34,139 nucleotides of DNA from Octopus bimaculoides (taxonomy: Eukaryota), in assembly GCF_001194135.2 (NCBI RefSeq), contig NC_068987.1, forward strand, positions 91,115,986 to 91,150,124, given 5' to 3'. A program made the translations under genes and the position numbers. This document shows positions 21,431 to 33,362 of the stretch, piece by piece; position 1 is the stretch's first letter, and the number at the start of each line of letters is the position of its first letter. The notes below the pieces were generated by a model, which saw nothing but the letters and a program-made list of their open reading frames with translations, was not told the origin of the DNA and ran no database searches.

Positions 21431-21679
21431 ATTCTTCCACAACGTCGTGCCATCCTATATGTTTTTTTTCCTTAATGAGATGTGATAGCAATTTTTACCT
21501 CATTAAGCTAATTGATTCAGCTAGGTAAGCCCCGAAGAACGAGAGATAGGTGAAACAGTTTAGAGATAAGTGGAATGGTGGAAGAGGTAATGTAATCTGG
21601 ATGTAGACGGAATAAGGAGGTAAGAGGTGTGTTGGAGGGGAAGATTGGGAGAGTCTTTGGATATCTGAAGGCCAGAGAC

Positions 21680-22253
21680 GTTGAGAAGAGGAGAGAAAGA
21701 GAGAGAAAGGAGAAGAGAGATAGATAGATAGATAGAGATAGATAGAGAGAGAGAGAGAAAGAGAAGGAAAGAGAAAAGGAGGGAAAGAGTTCAAGAAGAT
21801 TTTTGCCTGAATGCATATGTTAGTATACGTGTGTGTGTGTATGTGTGTGTGTGTGTGTGTGCGTGAGTGTGTATGTCTATGTGTGTGTGTGTGTGTGTGT
21901 GTGTGCGTGAGTGTGTATGTGTGTGTGTGTGTGTGTGAACGTATATCAAACGTGGGTGTTATATATATATATATATGTATATATATGTATGTATGTATGC
22001 ATTTACACACACACACACACACATATATATACACACTCACATATTATAAACGTATGTCTATCTATCTATCTAGCTAGCTAGCTATCTGTGTATATATGTG
22101 TGTGTTTGTGTGTGTGTGTATGTGTGTGTGTGTGTGTGAGTGCACGTGCTCACACACACATATATCTGATCTGACTCAGATTTGCATTACTAAAAGTTTT
22201 ATGTGTATGTATGCATGCATGTATGTATGCATCTCTCTCTCTCTCTCTCTCTG

Positions 22254-22326
<73 letters not shown>

Positions 22327-22330
22327 AACT
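21680..22330. repeat. Compound (GA)/(GATA)/(GT)/(TA)/(TATG)/(TC)/(TCTA) microsatellite block
   Basis: Visible repeats. Confidence 0.9.
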
Positions 22331-22829
22331 ATGTCTGCTTGTATGCATTTGTGTGTGCGAGTGTGCTTGAATACAGCAGATGTGAGCGCATTAGCTCGGT
22401 AGAGTGGAAAAGTCAAAGCAATGCACGCGGAGAGGGAGAGAAAGAAAAAATAAAACACACAGGAACAAAGAGAAAACTGGAATAATATACATATGGGAAA
22501 ATAAATTAAGAAATAAACGAAGAAAATATCATAGAAAACAATAATAAAAGACCGAAATAAAAACAACTCCAGCTGCAGCAACAACAATAACGACAACAAC
22601 AACACCAAAATTAAATAAAGTAGAAGAAAATAACCCTAAAGAGGAAGAGATAGATATTTTAAGCAGCCATATTAGATTTATAAACTTCTTGAGGCTGAGA
22701 AGGATTGGACAGTGAGGAAGATTGAAATACAAAACAACAAATAAAAAAAAATATATAACATTTAAAGGAGATAGATGATTCTTCGATCGATTATGTTTCG
22801 TCGTTTCTAAGGACTATTCAGATGTTTGT

Positions 22830-23318
<489 letters not shown>

Positions 23319-24674
23319 NNNNNNNNNNNNNNNNNNNNNNNNNNNNNNNNNNNNNNNNNNNNNNNNNNNNNNNNNNNNNNNNNNNNNNNNNNNNNNNNNN
23401 NNNNNNNNNNNNNNNNNNNNNNNNNNNNNNNNNNNNNNNNNNNNNNNNNNNNNNNNNNNNNNNNNNNNNNNNNNNNNNNNNNNNNNNNNNNNNNNNNNNN
23501 NNNNNNNNNNNNNNNNNNNNNNNNNNNNNNNNNNNNNNNNNNNNNNNNNNNNNNNNNNNNNNNNNNNNNNNNNNNNNNNNNNNNNNNNNNNNNNNNNNNN
23601 NNNNNNNNNNNNNNNNNNNNNNNNNNNNNNNNNNNNNNNNNNNNNNNNNNNNNNNNNNNNNNNNNNNNNNNNNNNNNNNNNNNNNNNNNNNNNNNNNNNN
23701 NNNNNNNNNNNNNNNNNNNNNNNNNNNNNNNNNNNNNNNNNNNNNNNNNNNNNNNNNNNNNNNNNNNNNNNNNNNNNNNNNNNNNNNNNNNNNNNNNNNN
23801 NNNNNNNNNNNNNNNNNNNNNNNNNNNNNNNNNNNNNNNNNNNNNNNNNNNNNNNNNNNNNNNNNNNNNNNNNNNNNNNNNNNNNNNNNNNNNNNNNNNN
23901 NNNNNNNNNNNNNNNNNNNNNNNNNNNNNNNNNNNNNNNNNNNNNNNNNNNNNNNNNNNNNNNNNNNNNNNNNNNNNNNNNNNNNNNNNNNNNNNNNNNN
24001 NNNNNNNNNNNNNNNNNNNNNNNNNNNNNNNNNNNNNNNNNNNNNNNNNNNNNNNNNNNNNNNNNNNNNNNNNNNNNNNNNNNNNNNNNNNNNNNNNNNN
24101 NNNNNNNNNNNNNNNNNNNNNNNNNNNNNNNNNNNNNNNNNNNNNNNNNNNNNNNNNNNNNATATATATATATATATAAACATATATTTATGGAAGTTTT
24201 GATTTATGATGAGAGAAATTGATAATATCTTGGAATAATCTTGCTGAGACAACCGAATTCTTCATATGTGCAAAACGAAAAGAAATATGACAATAAAAGA
24301 GAAATATTTCTCTATTGAATTTCAATCCTTAAATTTCAGATATATATTATTGGTTCTAGTTTACATTTTATGCGGATATTAATGTTCTCATGGGGAAGAT
24401 AACAACAGCTAAACGCTGGCAGATTGCTGTTATGTTACACTATATTATTACTTTTACACTTGGCCTTCTGCCAATGTAAGACTTCAGTATTATTCTGACA
24501 CGTCGCCGCCGATGATGTATGCTTACTTATGAATTTCTAACTCCATTAAAAGGTACCGCTTTTAAAAGACTCCAGATCCCATCGATAAGGAATGCAAGCA
24601 TTGCAGCATGATGTCGGTAAGTGTCATACAAAAAAGAACGCTTTGTAAATTTGGTTATGTTACTCACTTACCTT

Positions 24675-24760
24675 ATTTCACTTATTCGATGGTGTGGCCA
24701 TGTTGAGGTACTGTCTTCTTAGTTTCAGTCGATCCATTACTTATTTTGAGTATAGTATTC
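24675..24760 (-). mobile_element. Highly diverged SINE family A 3' tail remnant
   Basis: gtggccatgttgaggtactgtcttcttagt...tcgatcc...acttatt...agtattctgtc approximates the reverse complement of the family A tail. Confidence 0.4.
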
Positions 24761-24842
24761 TGTCAACATGCACTGCTCTCTAAATGCGGGACGTATCGGT
24801 CTAAACTGAAGTAATCACAGGTATTCTTAAACTTATTTAATA

Positions 24843-25040
24843 CTTAGTTCGTTCCTGTGTCTGAACGATGACCAAGAACATCGCATAGGAGAGGAAGACG
24901 TGGGGTACGGTGTGCCCGGCTGTGGTCAGTCAGTCGGATGGATGCGCAGGTCGAACACTGGTGATCTGTTAGGACTGAAGGCGAGGAGTCATCTTTGTAC
25001 CGCTGCAATCCTGTTGTGTTTGTAAGTGGTGGCATCTCAC
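24843..25040 (-). mobile_element. RTE-clade (BovB-like) LINE, extreme 3' fragment
   Basis: ORF 24844-25062 contains HQCSTCASIRLTDHSRAH, homologous to CPTCGRPFRACIGLTDHNHTH at 27.3 kb. Its 3' end gatgttcttggtcatcg...acgaactaa matches gatgtcctgagtcatcg...acgaactaa of the larger copy. Confidence 0.75.
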
Positions 25041-25554
25041 ACAAACACACGCGTGTTCTCATACATTCACATGCATAAACACACGTTGTAGTAAAGCGAG
25101 TTCCTTAGCCACACTGTTCTACCTGCGCTAGCTATGATTATATTCCCACATAAAATTTATAGTAAGTTACAAAGGAGCACGTTTAAGAGTAAACAGGATG
25201 CAATGATTTAAAATGTAGCATGACACAGGCAACTATCATGTAGGGAGATACTGTATAACTTTCACTGCATGTAGCGGTTCGACGGGAAGAAGCCGATAGA
25301 AAAAATAAATAAAGGTTTGTGAGCTGAGTTCAGCACCAAAGTTCACAATGTAGTTTCAATTTTCGTTTGAATATATTTGACTTTATTTTCTTCGTTGATT
25401 TTTAACCCCGCCCCCACAACATATCTTGGCAACTTTATAAGCGCAATGTCATATACCGAGGAAGTATCAGAATTATAAGAACTTGTCAAAATTGGTGTTA
25501 CTGTCATGAATTAGGAATTGACACAATGATCAAATCGTGAGTGGAAGTAATTGC

Positions 25555-25718
25555 TTATTTGTGTGCGACCCAAGTTTGTTTCCCAACAAAATGGTTCCGT
25601 GTTCAGCCCCACTGCGTGGCACCTTGGGTAAGTGTTTTCTTCTATAGCCTCAGATGAACCAAACCTTTGTGTGTGGATTTGGTAGACGGAAACTGAAAGA
25701 CGACCGTCGCATATATAT
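25555..25718 (+). mobile_element. SINE family A 5' half, running into (TA)n and a gap
   Basis: tggttccgtgttcagccccactgcgtggcaccttgggtaagtg...ggatttggtagacggaaactgaaaga closely follows 3075-3190. Confidence 0.85.
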
Positions 25719-26159
25719 NNNNNNNNNNNNNNNNNNNNNNNNNNNNNNNNNNNNNNNNNNNNNNNNNNNNNNNNNNNNNNNNNNNNNNNNNNNNNNNNNN
25801 NNNNNNNNNNNNTATATATTCAAGATGGAGGTGGAAATAGCACAGAAGTAAATCTAAGACATTTCAATTTAAGAAGGAATTTAGTAAAATGGTTTTAAAA
25901 GTTATATAAGGAAAATATTACTGCTTGCAATGATGAATCTCATTTTATTAAATATCAGTAAAAATTTATAAAAATTTGAAGTAAAAACAGTTTATCTTGT
26001 GTCTGGGGTAGGCGGGTGGGGGGTGGAAACATGTCTGGAGAGTTTTCGCTGAAGTCTTAAATATAGTTTGGTATAGAATTCAGGGTGTTAGAGAGAAAGA
26101 GATGGGGTGTAGTTGTCTATTGTTTAAAAGAAACTTTTGTGGGTTCCTGCCAAAGGAGT

Positions 26160-26365
26160 GGCGTGTGTGTGTGTGTTGTTCTCCACTACAACTTCACATT
26201 CGATGTTAGAGTGTTTACGCCCCGTAAAATAGCAGTTCGGCAGAAGATATCGATAGAATAAGTAGCAGGCTTTTAAAATACAAGCATTGGGGTTGATTCA
26301 TTCGTCTAGAACAGTAAAGTCACAGTTCTAATGACTGAAACAAGTAAAAGATTAAAAGATAAAAA
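26160..26365 (+). mobile_element. SINE family A 3' half, preceded by (GT)n
   Basis: gtgtttacgccccgtaaaatagcagttcggcag...gatagaataagtagcaggc...aatgactgaaacaagtaaaaga. Confidence 0.8.
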
Positions 26366-26428
26366 ATAGCGACTAAGTGGATGAATTTGAAGCTGTGAAA
26401 CGTAGAAACATGAGAAGCAATCATCTGT

Positions 26429-26605
26429 AATAACGGGTTCAAATTTTGGCATTGCATCGACACCAGTATTTGACTGGTACTTATTTTATCGACCTTGAAA
26501 GGATGAAGGGCAAAGTCGATCTCGGCGGAATTTGAACTCTAAATGCAAAGGCGGAGGAAATACCGCTAAGCATTTTGTCCGGCCTGCTAACGGACCTGCT
26601 AGCTG
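26429..26605 (-). mobile_element. SINE family B, diverged, with a deletion in the 3' part
   Basis: ggttcaaattttggca, ctggtacttattttatcgacc, aaagtcgatctcggcggaatttgaactc, aataccgctaagcattttgtccgg. Confidence 0.85.
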
Positions 26606-26884
26606 TTTCCATCACCACTCCATGTGTCATCAATTCTTTTGAGTCAATTACGACAAAGCATATTATGCGTTTTAGCCTGATGACTATCCATTATCGTGTT
26701 GAATTAAAATCAAAGGTAAAAATCAAAGCTGTGATTATAATGAAGAGCATATCAACCAAATTGCTGTCTCCATTACGTATGTTTAATGCAGAAAGACTTT
26801 GCCGACTTCAATAGCAATTATTTACGACATTGAGATAAGGCTGTGCACTGTTTTTACATTTGTAGCATCAATTTAATGAGTATA

Positions 26885-27101
26885 TATTCTTTTCTACTTT
26901 AGGCACAAAGCCCGAAATTTTGGGAGAGGGGGCCAGTCGATTAGATCGACCCCAGTATGCAACTGGTACTTAATTTATCGACCCCGAAAGAATGAAAAGC
27001 AAAGTCGACCTCGGCGGAATTTGAACTCAGAACATAAAGACAGACGAAATACCACTAAACATTTCGCCCGGCGTGCTAACGTTTCTGCCAGCTCGCCGCC
27101 T
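26885..27101 (-). mobile_element. SINE family B, full length, alternative-tail subfamily, with probable target-site duplication
   Basis: Intact head ggcggcgagctggcagaaacgttagcacgccgggcgaaatg and B-box. Flanks tttaatgagtata (26872-26884) and tttaatgagaata (27102-27114). Confidence 0.92.
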
Positions 27102-27203
27102 TTTAATGAGAATATTTTGTCAATAAATTCATTTAATTGAAGTTGGATGACTAAAGTGCAAAGATGAACCCCGTGAAACTGGAACTTGTAAATGAACGAA
27201 TTG

Positions 27204-28158
27204 ATTAGTTCGTCCGTCATTGTCCACGATGACTCAGGACATCATATGGGAGAAAGAAATGGGAACGGTGTGTATGGTTGTGGTCAGTCAGTCCGATGCA
27301 TGCTCGGAAAGGTCTTCCGCAAGTCGGGCAGTGGTGGACTGCTGGCACTGAGGGTGAGGCATTGGCTCTGGACTTGCGCAGCCCACGTTTTCTTTGTGCT
27401 CCTGCAATCCTTTTTTTGTTCGTAGAAGGTGGTACCTCTGTTGGTGCAGCTCCACCAGGCAGGGCGTTTTTGCGCTTAGGTTTTCCAGGTGTAGGATATG
27501 ATCTCAAAGCATTTGAACATATCCTTGAAGTGATTTTTCCGTCCATCTTGTGTGCCCTTGTCTTCCACCAGTTCTCTGTAAAACAGTCTCTTGGGGAGTC
27601 GTATGTCAGGCATTTGAACCAGGCAGCCTGACCACTTGACATGCGCTCTCCTCAGCAGTGTCTTAATGCTTGGTAGATCTGCTCGCGAGAGGACCTCTGT
27701 GCCTGGGGCCTTGCCTTGCCACGTGATTTTTCAACAGCTTTCTCAGGCAGTTCATGTGGAAACAGTTTAGATTTTTGGTGTGTTGTTCGTAAACCAAGTC
27801 TCGTAGGCGTACAGTAGAGTAGGCAGCCAGCACAACCAACTGCTTGCTACACCTTCAGCTTGGTGGTGGCCAGCCCAATGCCTCTATTCTCCAACACTGA
27901 TTCACATAATCGCCCGAATGCTGAGCTTCCTTTGGCGAGGTGTGTGTCGATTTCATTGTCAATGTTCACAGACCTGGAGAATGGGCTGCCGAGGTACGTG
28001 AATTTATTAACAACCTTCAGGGTTTCCCCTTCGATAGTGACAGCTCATTCCACATACGCTTCTACATGGTAGGTCGGTACATGACCTCTGTCAGCTGAGT
28101 ACAGATTGTGAGGCCAAGGTTGTTGCAAGCCGACGAAAAATCAGTAGAAAATTAATCG
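27204..28158 (-). mobile_element. 5'-truncated RTE-clade (BovB-like) LINE, frameshifted, with 12-bp target-site duplication
   Basis: Minus-strand peptides DFSSACNNLGLTI, LKVVNKFTYLGS, EIDTHLAKGSSAFGRL, PTLLYAYETW and the C-terminal CPTCGRPFRACIGLTDH. The 3' end is gacggacgaac. Direct repeat atgaacgaattg at 27192-27203 and 28159-28170. Confidence 0.93.
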
Positions 28159-28899
28159 ATGAACGAATTGGAGCTGTTTTGGACTAATATGTCTACCTTT
28201 AGTAGGGTGTTATTTAAAAGGAGATTTGTCATCTATTTCTAGCAGCTCGACTAACCGCTAGCAGTTTTGCTTCCTTTATTGCCTCGAAAGTTTTTATTCG
28301 TTTAAGAAACAAGGTTAATGAAGATTTATGATATTTATTCTAACCAGTAGCCATTTTTGTAGTAGGTGAAAGAAAACAGCTCCGACTAAGGATCGAAACC
28401 CTACCACGGATTTGATTCTTCTTTGAGCGCTTGCTTCTTTCTCTTCATCTCAGCATCACAACGCTTCTATATTTTTATTAACGTCATAGTTAACAGACAT
28501 GTTATTGTATGCAAACTTAGACAATAGACAACAGAGGTTGTAACAGTTCAACATTGAACATGACTAGGGTATGTATATTTATATTTGTCTCGAGTCGTAT
28601 GTATGTAAAATGTTTCAATTAATATGTAACCGTGTGCATGACGCGCGCGCGTGTGTGTCTGTTAATGCATGTATGAATGTGTCTATCTGTGAATGTATGT
28701 GTGTGTCTGTGATGCCAGTGCTTTGAGGTCGCTAGAAAGTGTTGTCGTTGTAAAGTTGTCTTGGTCCTGATATTTTATATCTTAATGGATTTTCCCTGTC
28801 TCCATTGAAACTTTTTCTTGTAATGTGTCAATTCGTGTGGTATGTAACAACAAGATACTGATCCTTAGGTTGTATATGATAATATGCCCTTATATGCTT

Positions 28900-28918
28900 G
28901 TATGTATGTATAATACAT

Positions 28919-29015
<97 letters not shown>

Positions 29016-29668
29016 TACGTATATGCGCATTCACCTAATAACGTATTNNNNNNNNNNNNNNNNNNNNNNNNNNNNNNNNNNNNNNNNNNNNNNNNNNNNN
29101 NNNNNNNNNNNNNNNNNNNNNNNNNNNNNNNNNNNNNNNNNNNNNNNNNNNNNNNNNNNNNNNNNNNNNNNNNNNNNNNNNNNNNNNNNNNNNNNNNNNN
29201 NNNNNNNNNNNNNNNNNNNNNNNNNNNNNNNNNNNNNNNNNNNNNNNNNNNNNNNNNNNNNNNNNNNNNNNNNNNNNNNNNNNNNNNNNNNNNNNNNNNN
29301 NNNNNNNNNNNNNNNNNNNNNNNNNNNNNNNNNNNNNNNNNNNNNNNNNNNNNNNNNNNNNNNNNNNNNNNNNNNNNNNNNNNNNNNNNNNNNNNNNNNN
29401 NNNNNNNNNNNNNNNNNNNNNNNNNNNNNNNNNNNNNNNNNNNNNNNNNNNNNNNNNNNNNNNNNNNNNNNNNNNNNNNNNNNNNNNNNNNNNNNNNNNN
29501 NNNNNNNNNNNNNNNNNNNNNNNNNNNNNNNNNNNNNNNNNNNNNNNNNNNNNNNNNNNNNNNNNNNNNNNNNNNNNNNNNNNNNNNNNNNNNNNNNNNN
29601 NNNNNNNNNNNNNNNNNNNNNNNNNNNNNNNNNNNNNNNNNNNNNNNNNNNNNNNNNNNNNNNNNNNN

Positions 29669-29714
<46 letters not shown>

Positions 29715-29900
29715 GACATACATATATATAAGTGTATATGTGTACATACATACACACACATATATATATATATATAGTGACAAAAATAAAAGATAAGGAT
29801 ATATATATGTATGTATGTATGTATGCATTTACATATATACATAATCATACACACACACACACAGCTATATACTTACACTGACAGACACAATCACACACAC
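28900..29900. repeat. (CA)/(TA)/(TATG) microsatellites flanking gap 29048-29668
   Basis: Visible repeats. Confidence 0.9.
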
Positions 29901-30129
29901 GTGCATAAATACACAACTGCAGACGTCCATATTTATATATCCTCATACACATGCGCGAATCTCAATGCTCATGGCTGATATACACACTTCCTTTTGCTAA
30001 CCATTTCCGGTTGCTCCCGTGTTTCCACCATTTTTACCGAAAACTAAAAGTTTCTTGTCATAATCTATGCAGGTGAATGTATGTAACATTGTAGCCGAAT
30101 GTTAAGAACAGAATGGGAATGTGTGAAAG

Positions 30130-30516
<387 letters not shown>

Positions 30517-30804
30517 NNNNNNNNNNNNNNNNNNNNNNNNNNNNNNNNNNNNNNNNNNNNNNNNNNNNNNNNNNNNNNNNNNNNNNNNNNNNNNNNNNNN
30601 NNNNNNNNNNNNNNNNNNNNNNNNNNNNNNNNNNNNNNNNNNNNNNNNNNNNNNNNNNNNNNNNNNNNNNNNNNNNNNNNNNNNNNNNNNNNNNNNNNNN
30701 NNNNNNNNNNNNNNNNNNNNNNNNNNNNNNNNNNNNNNNNNNNNNNNNNNNNNNNNNNNNNNNNNTTCAGAATATGAGCCTCTGAATAGGACGAAATCAA
30801 AAGC

Positions 30805-30896
30805 GTGGTACTTATTTTATCGATCTTAGTTGCCTAACCGCGAAGTTACGAATGCGTCAATAAATCAACAAGCGGTACAGAGACAAAGGCGCGCGC

Positions 30897-30938
<42 letters not shown>

Positions 30939-31070
30939 GCATACGACCGGCTTCACTCACAAGGCTTTGGTTGTCTCGGGGCTATAGCAGAAGGCACCTA
31001 CCTAAAGCGAACCTGAAACCATCGGGTTGCGAAGCGAGCGAGCTTCTTACCCCACAGCCATGCCTGCCAA
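30805..31070 (-). mobile_element. SINE family A, diverged, with internal microsatellite and deletions
   Basis: Minus strand reads gcaggcatggctgtgggtaagaagc...tgccttctgctatagccccgagacaaccaaagccttgtgagtg...(TG)n...gtaacttcgcggttaggcaactaagatcgataaaataagtacc. Confidence 0.8.
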
Positions 31071-31216
31071 CCAGCCGACCCTCTTATACTTTTACTCGGC
31101 CATTCTTCCAGCACGACTTCGGCAACTACAAAGAAATATAATGTTTCACTAATAATACCGAAATATGTTCATTGTTGTCTCCCCTAGTTGCCGAAACAGT
31201 GACAATATTCTAACTA

Positions 31217-31342
31217 ACTGGTACTCCGTCGGTTGCGACAATGAGTGTCCTAGTTGATCCGATAAACGGAACAGCCTGCTCATGAAATTAACGCGCAAGT
31301 GGCTGAGCCCCCACAGACACACGTACCCTTAACGTAGTTCTC
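31217..31342 (-). mobile_element. SINE family C 3' fragment
   Basis: Reverse complement of about 20163-20290 (aacggaacagcctgctc...aaattaacg.gcaagtggctgagc...cccttaacgtag). Confidence 0.85.
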
Positions 31343-31563
31343 TTTGTGTCTGTGTTTGTCACCCCAGTACCACTTGACAACCGATGTTGGTTTGTTTACG
31401 TCTTTGTAACTTAGTGATTCCATGAAAAGGCCGATAGAATATGTATTAGACTTACAGACTAAAAAACAAAGGTACTGGAGTCGGTTGGTTTGACGACAAC
31501 CCTTCAAGGTGGTGTCCCTGAATGGCTGCTGTCCAATGACTGAACCAAGCAGAAAATAAAAGA
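31343..31563 (+). mobile_element. SINE family A 3' half, diverged
   Basis: tgtgtctgtgtttgtcacccc...acttgacaaccgatgttgg...tacgtctttgtaacttag...aatgactgaaccaagcagaaaataaaaga. Confidence 0.8.
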
Positions 31564-32932
31564 AAGCTTATCCTTAGATCGGCTGACTTTGGGTCCAGAT
31601 CATTTCAACCTTGGTATCTCATATTCTTTAAAGACATACCTACAACAACATTATGTAATGTGTCCTTTTTTCAAAAAAAAATAGCAGGAAATATTTTTGA
31701 GGGAGACTTAACTTTTTTAGTGATTGTTTTAATGAAAGTACAATATGACAAGGGAAATGAAACATCGACTAGTCATCCGGATGACACTAATTTGTTCGAC
31801 TTCGCAGGCAGGGAGGTAAAATTGATGCTGGACATTCCCTATTCGGAGCATTAGTATCCTTGTTTACCTGTGTATTAGTCTCGTCTCAAATTTACTGTTA
31901 AATTTTGCTACAATATTTTATCCGTTGCAGTTTTAGTTTTCCCCCGGAGATAAGTCGCAAACCCCAGTTTTTTTTCAGTTGAAATCAAGTATAAAACTGT
32001 CGAGAAAATATGGTAATTAATTTGTCAAGCAATTCACCGAGTCTGGCAGGAAAAACACCTCGTACTTTTGGTTTCTTTTAGTTTCTTTCACTCCTACATT
32101 TTTCTTTCAGCCCATTTCCTTCTTTCTTTCATTTTTCACTTCAGCCCATTCCTTCCTTCACCTTCCTTCTCTCTAAATCTCTTTCAATGAATTAACATCT
32201 TAGCAATTCAGCAACCCCTTTGAATCGCTCTGGTTGTTATAAAAATCAATCAAACCATTTTCCCCTCTGTTAATTCTTTACAACCCACATTTCTAATACG
32301 ATCCAAAAAGTGTTTTCTATTAAAAAATTCTATTTTATTTTCCCAAACACTTCCTCTTATCTCGTCATTGATAATTTTCTCTAATTTTAAGCCGTCTTTT
32401 CAAAGTTTCATTAAAAAACATACAAAGACCAAAATAATGAAGTGCTTTTGAGGTCAACTTCCGGTGCCTTTAGTGCTGAGAGAAACAAGTTTGAAGCTTC
32501 GTTATGATAAAAAAAAAAAGAAAAAGAAATTAATTCAATTCCAACATGACTAAAACACCAACAAAACAAAACCAACATTGTTATTGTGTTTTCATCTACA
32601 GACATTTGATTATTAATTGATTATTGTTACTTTTGTTATTATTAAAGACATAATAACGATTGTTGTTTCGTTCCACAATTTTTCATTTTGTTGTAATTAG
32701 AACATTTGCCCTCCTTGGTCAGAGTAATCAAGTCTGTAAGGTACCCCAACTGGCCCTGGGTAGCTGTCTCCAAGTTACTAACTTTTCTTTGTTGCTATTA
32801 TTTCTGGCTTTTTCGTTAATTTTTTTTTGTAAAAATGATGTTACGTAAAGACAACTGTTTGGGATTTTCGACTTGTCGCCATTGTCTTTGAACCATTATA
32901 GTAAATAAAAAATTATCATCATTGCTATCATC

Positions 32933-32936
<4 letters not shown>

Positions 32937-32974
<38 letters not shown>
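32937..32974. repeat. (ATT)n microsatellite
   Basis: Visible repeat preceding the SINE array. Confidence 0.95.
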
Positions 32975-32976
32975 GC

Positions 32977-33176
32977 AAAATGCTTGGCGGCATTTCACCC
33001 GTCGCTACGTTCTATGTTCAAATTCCGCCGAGGTCGACTTTGCCTTTCATCCTCTCGGGGTCGATGAATAAAGTAACAGTAAAACACTGGGGCTCATGTA
33101 ATCGACTCGTCCTCCTGCCCCCAAATTTCAAACCTTGTGCCTTTAGTAGAAAGAATTATTACTACTACTATTATTA
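32977..33176 (+). mobile_element. SINE family B, 5'-truncated (array copy 1)
   Basis: gttcaaattccgccgaggtcgactttgcctttcatcctctcggggtcgat; tail ccttgtgcctttagtagaaagaattattactactac. Confidence 0.88.
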
Positions 33177-33177
33177 A

Positions 33178-33361
33178 GGCGGTGAGCTGACAGAGTCGTT
33201 AGCACGCCGGGCGGAATGCTTAGAGGCATTTCGTTCGTCTTTACGTTCTGAGTTCAAATTCCGTCGAGGTCGACTTTACCTTTCATCCTTTCGAGGTCGA
33301 TAAATTAAGTACCAGTGATGCACTCGACTATCCTCTTCCCGCAAATTTCAGGCCTTGTGAC
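33178..33361 (+). mobile_element. SINE family B with intact head (array copy 2)
   Basis: ggcggtgagctgacagagtcgttagcacgccgggcgg...gagttcaaattcc...ggccttgtgacc. Confidence 0.9.
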
Positions 33362-33362
33362 C

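Noticed and set aside
24569-24616. 48-bp plus-strand exon candidate TPDPIDKECKHCSMMS with a CxxC motif
   Set aside because: Good donor (GTAAGT) but weak acceptor; such short open segments arise by chance.
26005-26026. G-rich stretch as a G-quadruplex
   Set aside because: Only three separate runs of three or more G; at best a weak two-tier structure.
28170-28383. 11-bp inverted repeat ggagctgtttt/aaaacagctcc as MITE termini
   Set aside because: It does not extend and has no flanking duplication. About one such match is expected by chance in a window this size.
32106-32154. Repeated ttcagcccatt 34 bp apart in a pyrimidine tract
   Set aside because: Low-complexity context; most likely slippage with no functional signal.
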